A model generated the notes under the pieces. It did no database searches and was not told the origin of the DNA. It saw only the letters and a list, made by a program, of their open reading frames with translations. From NCBI GenBank assembly GCA_964551475.1, contig CAZKCI010000117.1, positions 471-64,470 on the forward strand: a stretch of 64,000 bases of DNA. Direction: 5' to 3'. Origin of the DNA: an uncultured bacterium (lineage in GTDB: Bacteria; Auribacterota; Erginobacteria; Erginobacterales; CAZKCI01). Shown piece after piece: positions 11,031-19,783 of the stretch (position 1 is its first letter; each line of letters opens with the position of its first letter). The translations under genes and the position numbers were made by a program.

Positions 11031-11711
11031 GTGAAAGACGAGACCCCGCCCGCCGCCGATCCCCGCGACCCCGAATTCCAGCGCTGGAAATACGTCACCC
11101 TGCGCCTGAAGGCCCCCATCCGCACCGACGAGGCCTACCTGGTGGACCTCGGGCAAGGCAAGGTCTGGATCCCGCTCTCCGCCATCCGGGCCACCCGCCG
11201 CGTCGAGCACGGCATCTTCGAGATCGAGGTCCGCGAGGACGCGATCCAGGAGAAGCGCAAGGAGATGCGCAAGCTCAAGGAGAAGGCGACCGGCGTCAAG
11301 GGATCGATCCTCGGGGACGTGGTCGCCGTGAAGGGGAAGATCGTCGAGGAGAACGACGAGTATCTGCGTATCTCCTGCCAGGGGAAGGAGATGGCTATCC
11401 CCCGCGTCTGCTTCGCCGAATGCAACCGCTCGCCCGACGGGACCTGCGACTTTGTGATCCAGAAGGATTACTATTCCTACGCGCTGCGCTCCTCTGCCGC
11501 CGCCGCGTCCGCCGCCGCCGAGGCGACCGTCGAGGTGGACCTGGTCCGCGAGACCGACCGCGCCTATCTCTTCTCGGTCCAAGGAAGGGAGATCTGGTTT
11601 CCCAAGCGCCAGGTGGTCTCGATCAAGGAGCTGGAGGGGAACCGCCGCCAGATAGTCGTCCCCGCCGAGTTCTGGCGCTTCAAGGTGGAGGGCGGGGGGG
11701 AGATACAGTAA
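11031..11711 (+). CDS. Hypothetical protein
   Basis: 226-aa ORF (GTG start) with protein-like composition and two similar halves (WIPLSAIRATRRV... / IWFPKRQVVSIKEL...). No recognised motif. Confidence 0.55.
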   Translation: MKDETPPAADPRDPEFQRWKYVTLRLKAPIRTDEAYLVDLGQGKVWIPLSAIRATRRVEHGIFEIEVREDAIQEKRKEMRKLKEKATGVKGSILGDVVAVKGKIVEENDEYLRISCQGKEMAIPRVCFAECNRSPDGTCDFVIQKDYYSYALRSSAAAASAAAEATVEVDLVRETDRAYLFSVQGREIWFPKRQVVSIKELEGNRRQIVVPAEFWRFKVEGGGEIQ

Positions 11712-11851
11712 AAGCAATGGAAGCGATCAGTCGACAGTGATCAGGGGAAAATCGTTTTTCCCCCTGTTTTCTTTTTTTCTCTTGTTGCCCTGGTTGCTTT
11801 TGTTTTCCTTGTTTACCTTGTTTCCTTTGTTTCCCTTTTTTCCTTCAGCCT

Positions 11852-12970
11852 TCAGTCTTCAGCCTTCAGTCTTGAGTCCTCAACCTTCAGCCTGTTTATT
11901 ATTTCCCTGACCCCCGGATACAGCTTCCAGATCTCCTCGATCAGTCCCGCTCCCTTTCCGCAGGCTTCCTCTCGGGTCCAGATCCTGGCCGGCAGGAAGG
12001 CGTCCCAGGTATACGGCGTCTTTTCCAGCATTCCCCGCGCCTCTTCCGCCCGTTTCCGAATCGCCGTATCCGTGTCTTTCTCCCGGGAAAGGCATGACCG
12101 GATCGGGAGGCGGTTCTCGAGGTTGTAAAACCAGAAGGTATCCAGGAATTCAGCGCCGGCGCTCTCCAGCGCCTCCAGCGACGGATTGAGCTTCTCGTCC
12201 GCGATCAACCCGTAGTAGCGTTCCCGCGCCTCCCGGGCCGCAAATCCGATGTAGAGCCCGGCCAGTATGAAATCGTTGGTCGCCATGACCCGGAAGGAAA
12301 CCTCCTGTCCCGGGCCCTTTTCGGCGCCGACGCCGAAGGCGGTGGTGACATAGGCCGTAGTGTAGTCGGCATGCGAGATCACCGGACCGGGGATCGGTTC
12401 CCTCTCTCGATCCATCTTTTTCCGCAGGAGAACGCTCGCCTCCTCCAGGGTTTTCTTCAGGGCGAAGATGGTGTCGAAATCGGCGGCGGCGAAGCCGCTC
12501 CAGATGATCTCTTCTCCTTCGATTTCGGGCATCAGATAGACGGAGTAGAGTTCCTGCAGGCGCCCGCGGTCGACCAGTGTCATCTCGGCCAGGAGTTCAG
12601 ACAGATTCACCCCCGCGTGTTCTTCGAAGATCTCGCGAATATTCTCCACGCAGGTCTTGATCTTGCGCAGGCGCAGGGTGGGGATGTAACCGGCCTTCGA
12701 CCCCAGGTATTGCTTGATTTCCCCCCAAAGGTTTATGATCTCCGCTTTGCGCTCTTCCGGAAGTTCTTTGGCCGTCCAGACCTCCGCCATCCGGCGGGTG
12801 AAATTGGTCGGATTGGTGGCGCTTTCCTCGCGGGGCAGGTTTTTGGCTAAAACCTTCCCCAGGGCGGAGAAGGCGAAGTGCCCGGCCTGGGCGATCTCCT
12901 CCTTGTCTCGGAGAGAGAGCGCCGTCAGCATCAGGTCCACCGAGCCGGGATCGATTTTCAAACGAGCCAT
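11852..12970 (-). CDS. Hypothetical protein
   Basis: 372-aa ORF with balanced composition and no recognised domain. The last ~12 codons are encoded by an 8-bp-period CTTCAGYC array (about 11842-11892). Confidence 0.7.
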   Translation of the reverse strand: MARLKIDPGSVDLMLTALSLRDKEEIAQAGHFAFSALGKVLAKNLPREESATNPTNFTRRMAEVWTAKELPEERKAEIINLWGEIKQYLGSKAGYIPTLRLRKIKTCVENIREIFEEHAGVNLSELLAEMTLVDRGRLQELYSVYLMPEIEGEEIIWSGFAAADFDTIFALKKTLEEASVLLRKKMDREREPIPGPVISHADYTTAYVTTAFGVGAEKGPGQEVSFRVMATNDFILAGLYIGFAAREARERYYGLIADEKLNPSLEALESAGAEFLDTFWFYNLENRLPIRSCLSREKDTDTAIRKRAEEARGMLEKTPYTWDAFLPARIWTREEACGKGAGLIEEIWKLYPGVREIINRLKVEDSRLKAED

Positions 12971-12991
12971 GTCGGGACAGGATAGGAGGCA

Positions 12992-13083
12992 TGGAGTATT
13001 GGAGTGATGGAGTACTGGGTTATCGGGACCGCAGCCTGCTTTCCATACTCCATTACTCCACTACTCCAGTACTCCAGGACTCC
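12992..13083. repeat. Inverted pair of 8-bp-period arrays: GGAGTA x3, then TACTCC x5
   Basis: tggagtattggagtgatggagtactgg ... tactccattactccactactccagtactccaggactcc, in the divergent intergenic region between the 12970 and 13163 genes. Confidence 0.8.
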
Positions 13084-13162
13084 TCTGTTGTTGCCCCTTT
13101 GCGTCTTGGCGTGGGATTGTCGTTAGTATAATATATATCGCCGGGAAGTTCTATCGTTCGAA

Positions 13163-14290
13163 ATGACGACCACCGAACCGATCAAATCCGACTGCCGTTT
13201 CTACCGGGGCGACCGTCCCTGCTCGCTGCACAAGCGGGAAGGCGTGAAATGCTCCGCCTGTTCTCATTACGCCCCCTTTGCCGAGAAGATCCTGATCGTC
13301 AAGCTGGAGGCGATGGGGGACGTCCTGCGCACTACCTCCATCCTCCCCGGCCTCCGTAAAAAGTATCCTTCCGCCCAGATCACCTGGATCACGGCCCCCT
13401 CCGCCCTTCCCCTCTTCCCCGGCAATCCTTATGTCGATCGCGTTCTCCCGCTTCTCCCGGACGGGCTTCTCTGCGTTCTCTCGGAAACCTTCACGCTCGC
13501 CCTCAACCTCGATACCGCCCCCGTGAGCGCCTCTCTGCTGGCCCGGGCCTCGGCGAAGGAGAAACGCGGATTCTCCATCGATAAGCGTGGCCAGGTCTGC
13601 GCCTTGAGCGCTCCGGCCGAGGAATGGCTCCGGATGTCCGTCTTTGACGATGTCAAGAAGGCGAATCGCAGAACGTACCAGGAGATCATCCATGAAATCC
13701 TGGGTTTGGGCTCGCCTCCCGGAGAGATCGTCCTCAACCTTTCGGAGGAGGAGACCGCTTTCGCCCGTTCCTTGGTCGCCCGGCGGAGCCTCACTCATCC
13801 CCGCCCCTGGCTCGGCCTCAACACCGGCGGGGGGGGAAGATGGCGTTTCAAGCGCTGGAGCAAGGAGGCGACGCTCGCCCTCGCCCGTCTCTGCGCCGCC
13901 GAGTTCAACATCCGCCTCTTCCTTTTCGGCGGTCCGGAGGAGGAGGAGCGGAATGACTGGCTGATGTCCTGCGCCGGGGACATTCTTGTCGACACCGGCT
14001 GCCGGAACTCGGTCCGTGAGTTTTTCTCCCTGCTCGATCTCTGCGACCTGATCGTGACCAGCGACACGCTCGCCCTCCACGCCGCGACCGGCCTGAAGAA
14101 GAAGGTGGTCGCCCTCTTCGGCCCCACCTCCGCCGCCGAGATTGAACTCTACGGAAGGGGGGAGAAAGTGGTCGCCCCTGTTCCCTGCCGCTGCTGCTAT
14201 CTCCAGGACTGCCGCGTCCAGCCTAACTGCATGGAGTCGATCACGCCCGAGCTGGTGCTGTCCGCCATCCGCAAATTGCTGAAATCGTGA
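13163..14290 (+). CDS. Glycosyltransferase family 9 (heptosyltransferase-like)
   Basis: KILIVKLEAMGDVLRTTSILPGLRKKYPSAQITWIT matches the GT9 N-terminal signature. C-terminal ...LIVTSDTLALHAATGLKKKVVALFGPT. There is an extra N-terminal Cys4 motif (CX8CX9CX2C). Confidence 0.8.
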   Translation: MTTTEPIKSDCRFYRGDRPCSLHKREGVKCSACSHYAPFAEKILIVKLEAMGDVLRTTSILPGLRKKYPSAQITWITAPSALPLFPGNPYVDRVLPLLPDGLLCVLSETFTLALNLDTAPVSASLLARASAKEKRGFSIDKRGQVCALSAPAEEWLRMSVFDDVKKANRRTYQEIIHEILGLGSPPGEIVLNLSEEETAFARSLVARRSLTHPRPWLGLNTGGGGRWRFKRWSKEATLALARLCAAEFNIRLFLFGGPEEEERNDWLMSCAGDILVDTGCRNSVREFFSLLDLCDLIVTSDTLALHAATGLKKKVVALFGPTSAAEIELYGRGEKVVAPVPCRCCYLQDCRVQPNCMESITPELVLSAIRKLLKS

Positions 14291-14456
14291 CCGCGAACTT
14301 GCCCGCCCCACGGGGCCGGGCCTCGCGTCTGCGCGCCGGCCGCTCTGCCGACTCCGCCCAAACCGCCTGGGACTTCGTCGGCTGGAACGGCAGCAATCGT
14401 GAATGGGAATAAAACAGCCGATTCGATGATCAGAGTCCGTTGCTCCAAGTTTATTC

Positions 14457-14489
14457 GTCCATCCGGTCCATTTCGTCCATATCGTCCAT
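14457..14489 (+). repeat. 9-bp-period GTCCAT array (4 units)
   Basis: gtccatccggtccatttcgtccatatcgtccat, just upstream of or overlapping candidate starts of the GT2 gene. Confidence 0.9.
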
Positions 14490-14508
14490 GGAGTCCTATC
14501 GGCCTGAA

Positions 14509-15264
14509 ATGAAGAAGACGATTGTCATCATCCCCACTTACAACGAGGTGGAGAACATCGCCTCCGTGGCTGCCGCCGTTCTCGCCTCTCCCGGCGATAT
14601 CGAGGCCGTGGTGGTGGACGACAACTCCCCGGACGGGACAGCGGAGGCGGTTCGCCGCCTCTCTCTCCAGGATCCGCGCGTCCATCTCCTTCTGCGGACC
14701 GGCCGCCGGGGGAGGGGACTGGCGGGGCGGGAAGGCTTCCTCTGGGCGCTCGATCATGGCGCCGACTGTATCGTGGAGATGGACGGCGACGGTTCCCACA
14801 ACCCCGCTGACATCCCCCGTTTCATCGCCGCGGCGGCGTCCGGCGCCGCGGTGGTGGTCGGCTCCCGTTTTCTGCCCGGGGGCGGGGTGATGGGGAGAGG
14901 GGGCTGGCGCGATTCGATCAGCCTCCTGGCCCGTTCCTATCTGCGCCTGGTCCTGGGAATCCGCATCAGCGATCCCACCTCGGGATACCGTCTCTTCACC
15001 CGTACCGCTCTCGAGGCGATCGATCCCGCGACGCTGACCGCCGTCGACCCCTTCACCGTCGCCGAAGTTCTCTACCGCTGCCACCGGTCCAGGCTACCGA
15101 TCGTGGAGATCCCCATTGTCTTCCGCGACCGGGAGAAGGGGGAATCGAAGCTCCGGGCCTCGATCCTCCTCAAGTATTTCTTCCGCGTCTTGCTCCTCCG
15201 CCTCCGGCCTGGCATTGCCACCAAGGCACAAAGACACGAAGTGAATATGGAGAAATCAAAATAG
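14509..15264 (+). CDS. GT2 polyprenol-phosphate mannosyl/glycosyltransferase (Dpm1-like)
   Basis: KTIVIIPTYNEVENI, VVVDDNSPDGT, EMDGDGSHNP. The start is ambiguous (14440, 14488 or 14509); the upstream part is repeat DNA. Confidence 0.85.
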   Translation: MKKTIVIIPTYNEVENIASVAAAVLASPGDIEAVVVDDNSPDGTAEAVRRLSLQDPRVHLLLRTGRRGRGLAGREGFLWALDHGADCIVEMDGDGSHNPADIPRFIAAAASGAAVVVGSRFLPGGGVMGRGGWRDSISLLARSYLRLVLGIRISDPTSGYRLFTRTALEAIDPATLTAVDPFTVAEVLYRCHRSRLPIVEIPIVFRDREKGESKLRASILLKYFFRVLLLRLRPGIATKAQRHEVNMEKSK

Positions 15265-15337
15265 TGGAAGCGTGCTTCGAGTCAGATGACTTTTATTGCT
15301 TTCCGTGGGAGCGGCGTCCTCGCCGCGATTCATAGTT

Positions 15338-15472
15338 AATTCGCGAAATTCGCGAAATTCGTAGTTTGCCAGGCTCAGTTGCGTTCATATCGTCCATTGT
15401 GTCCATATCGTCCATACAGTCCATTGATCCCTAGTGGAAATCATTCGCCGAGCCAAGCCGGGCCAATTCGTA
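15338..15472 (+). repeat. Composite dispersed repeat, copy A: AATTCGCG units, a GTCCAT array (15383-15424) and GCCAAGCC units
   Basis: About 135 bp, colinear and highly similar to 17055-17189. Confidence 0.85.
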
Positions 15473-15485
15473 GGAGGACCTTGCC

Positions 15486-16865
15486 ATGACCGATTTCCCG
15501 ACCCGTTACGGTTTTCACCCCGACGAGTTCCGTCGTCTCCAGGACGCCTATCGTTCGGGTAAGCTCAGCCTCAAGACCAACGTCATCACCTTCGGGAACG
15601 ACTGGGAGGTCCGCTACCCCCGCCCCGAAGACTCCGCCCCGGTCCCGCCCGCCGGTTCCGAGGAAGAGAAGATCGGCCGGGAGGCGATCCGCCGCGGATC
15701 CTACGGCCTCGTCCTGATGAACGGCGGCGCCGCCACCCGCTTCCAGAAGCCGGGCGAGAACCTGCCCAAGGGCGCTTTCGAGATCATGGAGATGGACGGC
15801 CGTCCCCGTTCCTTTATGGAGCTCAAACTCGCCCACGCCCGCTGGGCGGAGAAGGAATACGGGGGCGCCATCCCGGTCTGGATACTCAACTCCTACTTCA
15901 CCGACGCCAAGACCCGGGAGATTCTGGAGAAGAACCGCTCTTTCGCCAAGAAGAGCGTCTCCACCTACTGCCAGGGGATCATGAAGCGGGTTGTCCCCTC
16001 CGCCGGGGACCTGGAGATCCACTACGGGAAATCGCTCGGCAAACTGGAGAAGAAGATCGCCGCCCTTCCCCCCGGGAAAGACCGCGCGGCGGCCGAAGAC
16101 GGGAAGAGGAAACTGGAGTCGGACCTGGCCTCCTGGATGGCGATAAGCCGGAAGAAGACGGGGGAGGAGATCGAAGCCGAGGGTGAGGACCGCTATAACC
16201 CCCCGGGCCATCTCGACGCCACGCTCTTTCTCGTCCTGGACCCTTCCCGCCCCCTGCTCAGGATGATCGATCTGGGAGTGGAGTATCTTCATATCTCCAA
16301 CATCGACAACCTGGGCGCCACCGTCTGCCCCGCGCTGGTCGGTCTTCTCTCCCGCCGTTCCAGCGGGGAAGTGCGGATCCTCTGCGAGGTGAGCAAAAAG
16401 CCCGCCGGCCAGAAGGGCGGGGCGCTGGCCCGGGTCTACGATCCCTCCGCCCGCAAGGAGTGGACGCAGATCATCGAGGAGTTCGCCTTCCCGCCCGCCT
16501 TCGACCAGGACCGCATACCCGAGTTCAACAACGCCACCTATGTCGTCGCCGTTTCTTCGCTGCTCTCCCTCTTCGGGCTCGATCGGGAAACCCTCCGCTC
16601 GGCCGACCAGGAAGTCCTCCGGGGGAAGGTCAAGGCGGTGACCGACCGCCTCCCTGTCTACATCGCGATCAAGGAGATCCGGGGGAGGGAGGGCGTCCGC
16701 CCGGTGGTCCAGTTCGAGCGTCTCCAGGGCGACCTGACCCGCCTGCTGCAGCCCCTGGCGATCAGGACCGCCGACCGCTTCTTCCCGGTGAAGAGCCGCG
16801 AGGACATCCCCATCGTCGTCCCCGACCTCCGCCGCATTCTCTCCGGCCGGGTTCTCCTCGCCTGA
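15486..16865 (+). CDS. UDPGP-family nucleotide-sugar pyrophosphorylase
   Basis: VLMNGGAATRFQKPGENLPKG and HISNIDNLGA motifs, typical of the UTP-sugar-1-P uridylyltransferase family. AGGAGG RBS. Confidence 0.75.
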   Translation: MTDFPTRYGFHPDEFRRLQDAYRSGKLSLKTNVITFGNDWEVRYPRPEDSAPVPPAGSEEEKIGREAIRRGSYGLVLMNGGAATRFQKPGENLPKGAFEIMEMDGRPRSFMELKLAHARWAEKEYGGAIPVWILNSYFTDAKTREILEKNRSFAKKSVSTYCQGIMKRVVPSAGDLEIHYGKSLGKLEKKIAALPPGKDRAAAEDGKRKLESDLASWMAISRKKTGEEIEAEGEDRYNPPGHLDATLFLVLDPSRPLLRMIDLGVEYLHISNIDNLGATVCPALVGLLSRRSSGEVRILCEVSKKPAGQKGGALARVYDPSARKEWTQIIEEFAFPPAFDQDRIPEFNNATYVVAVSSLLSLFGLDRETLRSADQEVLRGKVKAVTDRLPVYIAIKEIRGREGVRPVVQFERLQGDLTRLLQPLAIRTADRFFPVKSREDIPIVVPDLRRILSGRVLLA

Positions 16866-17054
16866 CCCGCCTCCGTCGCACCGCTGCATCGGAGAGAATC
16901 TTCTCTGCGCCGATTGTGGGAGCGGCGTCTCGCCGCGATCCGAGTCCTGTGGGAGCGACATTCTTGCCTGTCCCGATCTATCGGGGTCGCGATCCATTGT
17001 CAATTCGCGAAATTCGCGTAATTCGTAGTTAAATTCGCCGAGCCAAGCCAGGCC

Positions 17055-17189
17055 AATTCGTGAAATTCGCGCAATTCGTAGTTCGCCAGGCCCAGTTGCG
17101 TCCATATCGTCCATTGTGTCCATATCGTCCATACAGTCCATTGAGCCCTAGTGGTAATCTTTAGCCGAGCCAAGCCAGGCCAATTCGTG
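17055..17189 (+). repeat. Composite dispersed repeat, copy B (GTCCAT array at 17100-17141)
   Basis: Colinear with 15338-15472. An extra half copy lies at about 17000-17054. Confidence 0.85.
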
Positions 17190-17278
17190 GACATCATTCG
17201 CCGGGCCAATCTTTTACTGATCACTGTTTACTGATCACATCATTTCGGTTACAGTATTATCGAAACAGGAGGTTCCCC

Positions 17279-18034
17279 ATGAGCACCCAAAGAGAAGACC
17301 AGAATGTTTTAGCCGTCCTGATCGACGCCGACAACGCCCAGGCCTCGATCATCGAAGGGCTTTTAACCGAGGTGGCCAAATACGGCGTGGCCAGCGTCCG
17401 GCGCATCTACGGCGACTGGACCACACCCCAGCTCGGCAAGTGGAAAGAGGTTCTCCTTCAGAACTCGATCCAGCCCATCCAGCAGTTCCGCTACACCATT
17501 GGCAAGAACGCCACCGACAACGCCATGACCATCGACGCCATGGACCTTCTCCACTCCGGGCGCTTCGACGGCTTCTGCCTGGTCTCCAGCGACAGCGACT
17601 TCACCCGCCTGGCCTCCCGGATCCGCGAGCAGGGCCTCAAGGTCTACGGCTTCGGCGAGCGCAAGACCCCCAAGCCCTTCGTCGCCGCCTGCGAGAAGTT
17701 CGTCTACACCGAGGTCTTGCGGGCCGGCGACGAAGCGAGCCAGCCGGTGAAGCGGAAATCGGCCAACGAGCTCAAGTGCGACGCCCGTCTCGCCAACCTC
17801 CTGAAGAGCGCGATCGAGGCCGCCTCCGACGACGCCGGCTGGGCCCATCTGGCCGCGGTCGGCTCCAACATCGCCAAGCAGGCCCCGGACTTCGACCCCC
17901 GCAACTACGGCTACAAGCGTCTGCGCGAGCTCCTCGTCGCCACCGGCCTTTTCGACATCGCCGAGAGGCGAAGCGGCGACGGCACCTCCCGCTCGATTTA
18001 CCTGCGCGACAAGCAGAAGAAATCGGGCGATTAG
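17279..18034 (+). CDS. NYN (LabA-like) ribonuclease-fold protein with a C-terminal OST-HTH/LOTUS domain
   Basis: LAVLIDADNA...RIYGDW...FCLVSSDSDFTRLASRIREQGLKVYGFGE. The C-terminal part reads ...GWAHLAAVGSNIAKQAPDFDPRNYGYKRLRELL. Confidence 0.85.
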   Translation: MSTQREDQNVLAVLIDADNAQASIIEGLLTEVAKYGVASVRRIYGDWTTPQLGKWKEVLLQNSIQPIQQFRYTIGKNATDNAMTIDAMDLLHSGRFDGFCLVSSDSDFTRLASRIREQGLKVYGFGERKTPKPFVAACEKFVYTEVLRAGDEASQPVKRKSANELKCDARLANLLKSAIEAASDDAGWAHLAAVGSNIAKQAPDFDPRNYGYKRLRELLVATGLFDIAERRSGDGTSRSIYLRDKQKKSGD

Positions 18035-18075
18035 GCGCCGCCCCGCCGCGGCCACTCGTTGGCGGTTGGGCTTCT

Positions 18076-18117
18076 GTCCATAACGTCCATAGTGTCCATA
18101 ACGTCCATTCCGTCCAT
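18076..18117 (+). repeat. 9-bp-period GTCCAT array (5 units)
   Basis: gtccataacgtccatagtgtccataacgtccattccgtccat, 40 nt upstream of the 18157 start. Confidence 0.9.
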
Positions 18118-18156
18118 CGCGCCCGCCCCGCCGGGCCCACCCCAAAGGAGATTCTG

Positions 18157-19401
18157 ATGAGGATGAGAGCGTTTTTCATCGTCGCGGCGATCATGTTGTC
18201 GGCGGCCTCCGCCCTGCCCGCCGCCGAAGGCGCCTACCGCCAGCTTGGCCGTCCGGGCGCCTGGGCGAACACGCGGGCCGGCGCGGTCCTCGACGGGCAG
18301 CTCTACACGGCCGAGGCGAGCGGCTCCTTCTATGCCACCGATCTCTCTTCGGGCGTTTACCGTCAAATTGGCAAGGCGATGTTCGCCGACACCCAGTTCC
18401 TTTTCGCCTCCGGGGGTAGCCTCTACTCGATCGAGAAGAGCGGGAGCTTCTACCGGATCAGCCCCGCCGACGGCTCGTATGAGCGTCTCGGCCAGCCCGG
18501 CGACTGGGCGAACACGCTGGCCGGAACGATCCTCGACGGCAAGCTGTATACGGCCGAAGCGAGCGGCGCCCTCTACGCCACCGACCTGTCCTCGGGGACG
18601 TATCAGCAGATCGGGGGAGCGGATTTCGGCGGCACTGCTTTCCTTTTCGCCTCCGGGGGTAGCCTCTACTCGATCGAGAAGAGCGGGAACCTCTATCGGA
18701 TCAACCCCGCCGACGGGGCCTATGAGCGTCTCGGCCAGGCCGGCGACTGGTCCGGCACTCTCGCCGGAGCGGTGATCGGGACAACCCTCTACAGCGCCGA
18801 GTCGAGCGGCGCCCTCTACGCCACCGACCTTTCCTCGGGGACCTGGCGGAAGCTCGGCGAGCCGACTTTTGGCAACACCGCCTTCATGTTCGCTTCGGCC
18901 GACGGCGTCTTCACCTTCGAGAAGGACGGATCTCTCTACGCCGTCGACACCGGCTCGGCCCCCTCCTACGTTTCTTCTCCCGCCGTTCCTGCCTCCCCTG
19001 CTTCTCTTCCCCCCTCCGAGACCAGCGCCGCCGCCGTGGCCGGCAACCTCACCTTCGCCTTCATGGGAACGTGGAAGGGCGACGCTTCCACCTACGAGAA
19101 GGACGCCGCCTACCAGGAAGCGGCCAAGGCCAACCCCCAGATGGCCCAGGGGCTCTTGTCCATGATCGGCTCGGCCTCGATGAAGGTCACACTGGACGGG
19201 ATCACCATGGAAGTGATGGGCGAGAAGGCCGCCCCCGTCGCCTTCACCGTCATCACCTCCGAAGGGAACGACCTGGTCATCGAGAATCAGGATGGCCCCA
19301 AGAAGGGCGTGCAGTCGACCGTCACCTTCATCGACGCCAGCCACATCAAGGTGGTCGAAGGCGCCAACGCCGCCCAGGCCATGTATTTCGTCAAGCAGTA
19401 A
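18157..19401 (+). CDS. Secreted repeat protein (about 48-aa propeller-like repeats) with a small C-terminal domain
   Basis: AAAGGAG RBS. Signal peptide MRMRAFFIVAAIMLSAASALPAAEG. Repeats of the form Y.Q(L/I)G...W......LDG.LYTAEASG.(F/L)YATDLSSG. The track ORF (17440) has a spurious N-terminal extension across the NYN gene. Confidence 0.75.
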   Translation: MRMRAFFIVAAIMLSAASALPAAEGAYRQLGRPGAWANTRAGAVLDGQLYTAEASGSFYATDLSSGVYRQIGKAMFADTQFLFASGGSLYSIEKSGSFYRISPADGSYERLGQPGDWANTLAGTILDGKLYTAEASGALYATDLSSGTYQQIGGADFGGTAFLFASGGSLYSIEKSGNLYRINPADGAYERLGQAGDWSGTLAGAVIGTTLYSAESSGALYATDLSSGTWRKLGEPTFGNTAFMFASADGVFTFEKDGSLYAVDTGSAPSYVSSPAVPASPASLPPSETSAAAVAGNLTFAFMGTWKGDASTYEKDAAYQEAAKANPQMAQGLLSMIGSASMKVTLDGITMEVMGEKAAPVAFTVITSEGNDLVIENQDGPKKGVQSTVTFIDASHIKVVEGANAAQAMYFVKQ

Positions 19402-19420
19402 TCAAGCTGCCCGTCGCCTA

Positions 19421-19463
19421 AAAACCGGTGCGCCTCGTTTTCGATAAGGCGCGCCGGTTTTTC
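19421..19463 (+). terminator. Rho-independent terminator
   Basis: aaaaccggtgcgcc-N13-ggcgcgccggttttt, directly after the 19401 stop. Confidence 0.6.
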
Positions 19464-19482
19464 ATCAGGGTATGTTGCTTTT

Positions 19483-19662
19483 TGTAGGCCGCTTCTTTTG
19501 TAGGCCGCTTCTATGAAGCGGCGTGTGGTGTTGATCGGGTTTTGTTGTTTTTTGTAGGCCGCTTCTGTGAAGCGGCGGCCCGGCTGCTTTAGGAGAGTCA
19601 TTTTTAGTCGCGCCTATTCCGTCCATTTCGTCCATGCCGTCCATATCGTCCATATAGTCCAT
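19483..19662 (+). repeat. Composite dispersed repeat, copy C: GTAGGCCGCTTC-N4-GAAGCGGC hairpins plus a GTCCAT array (19621-19662)
   Basis: Positions 19503-19662 are colinear with 21893-22045. Confidence 0.85.
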
Positions 19663-19701
19663 ACTCCCTTGTTCCACCGTTTGGCCGGTCGCGATGTCAG
19701 C

Positions 19702-19744
19702 AAAAAGCCGGCTTGGCCCGTCTAACGGGCCAAGCCGGCTTTTT
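19702..19744 (-). terminator. Bidirectional hairpin terminator
   Basis: aaaaagccggcttggcccg-tcta-acgggccaagccggcttttt. Perfect stem, with A-run and T-run on either side, downstream of the minus-strand protease stop (19784). Confidence 0.65.
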
Positions 19745-19783
19745 GCCGACTATTCGCTATTTGCTATCCCCCATTCCCCATCC

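Noticed and set aside
13151-14311. 386-aa minus-strand ORF antisense to the GT9 gene
   Set aside because: The GT9 frame has diagnostic motifs. The antisense product is low-complexity (G/R/A/E-rich).
15441-17141. 566-aa minus-strand ORF starting MDCMDDMDTMDDMD
   Set aside because: Its N-terminus is just the complement of the GTCCAT array. The remainder is antisense to the UDPGP-family gene and has GC-shadow composition.
17440-18156. N-terminal 239-codon extension of the track ORF 17440-19401
   Set aside because: It overlaps the NYN gene out of frame and is R/P-rich. A strong RBS plus a signal peptide at 18157 mark the real start.
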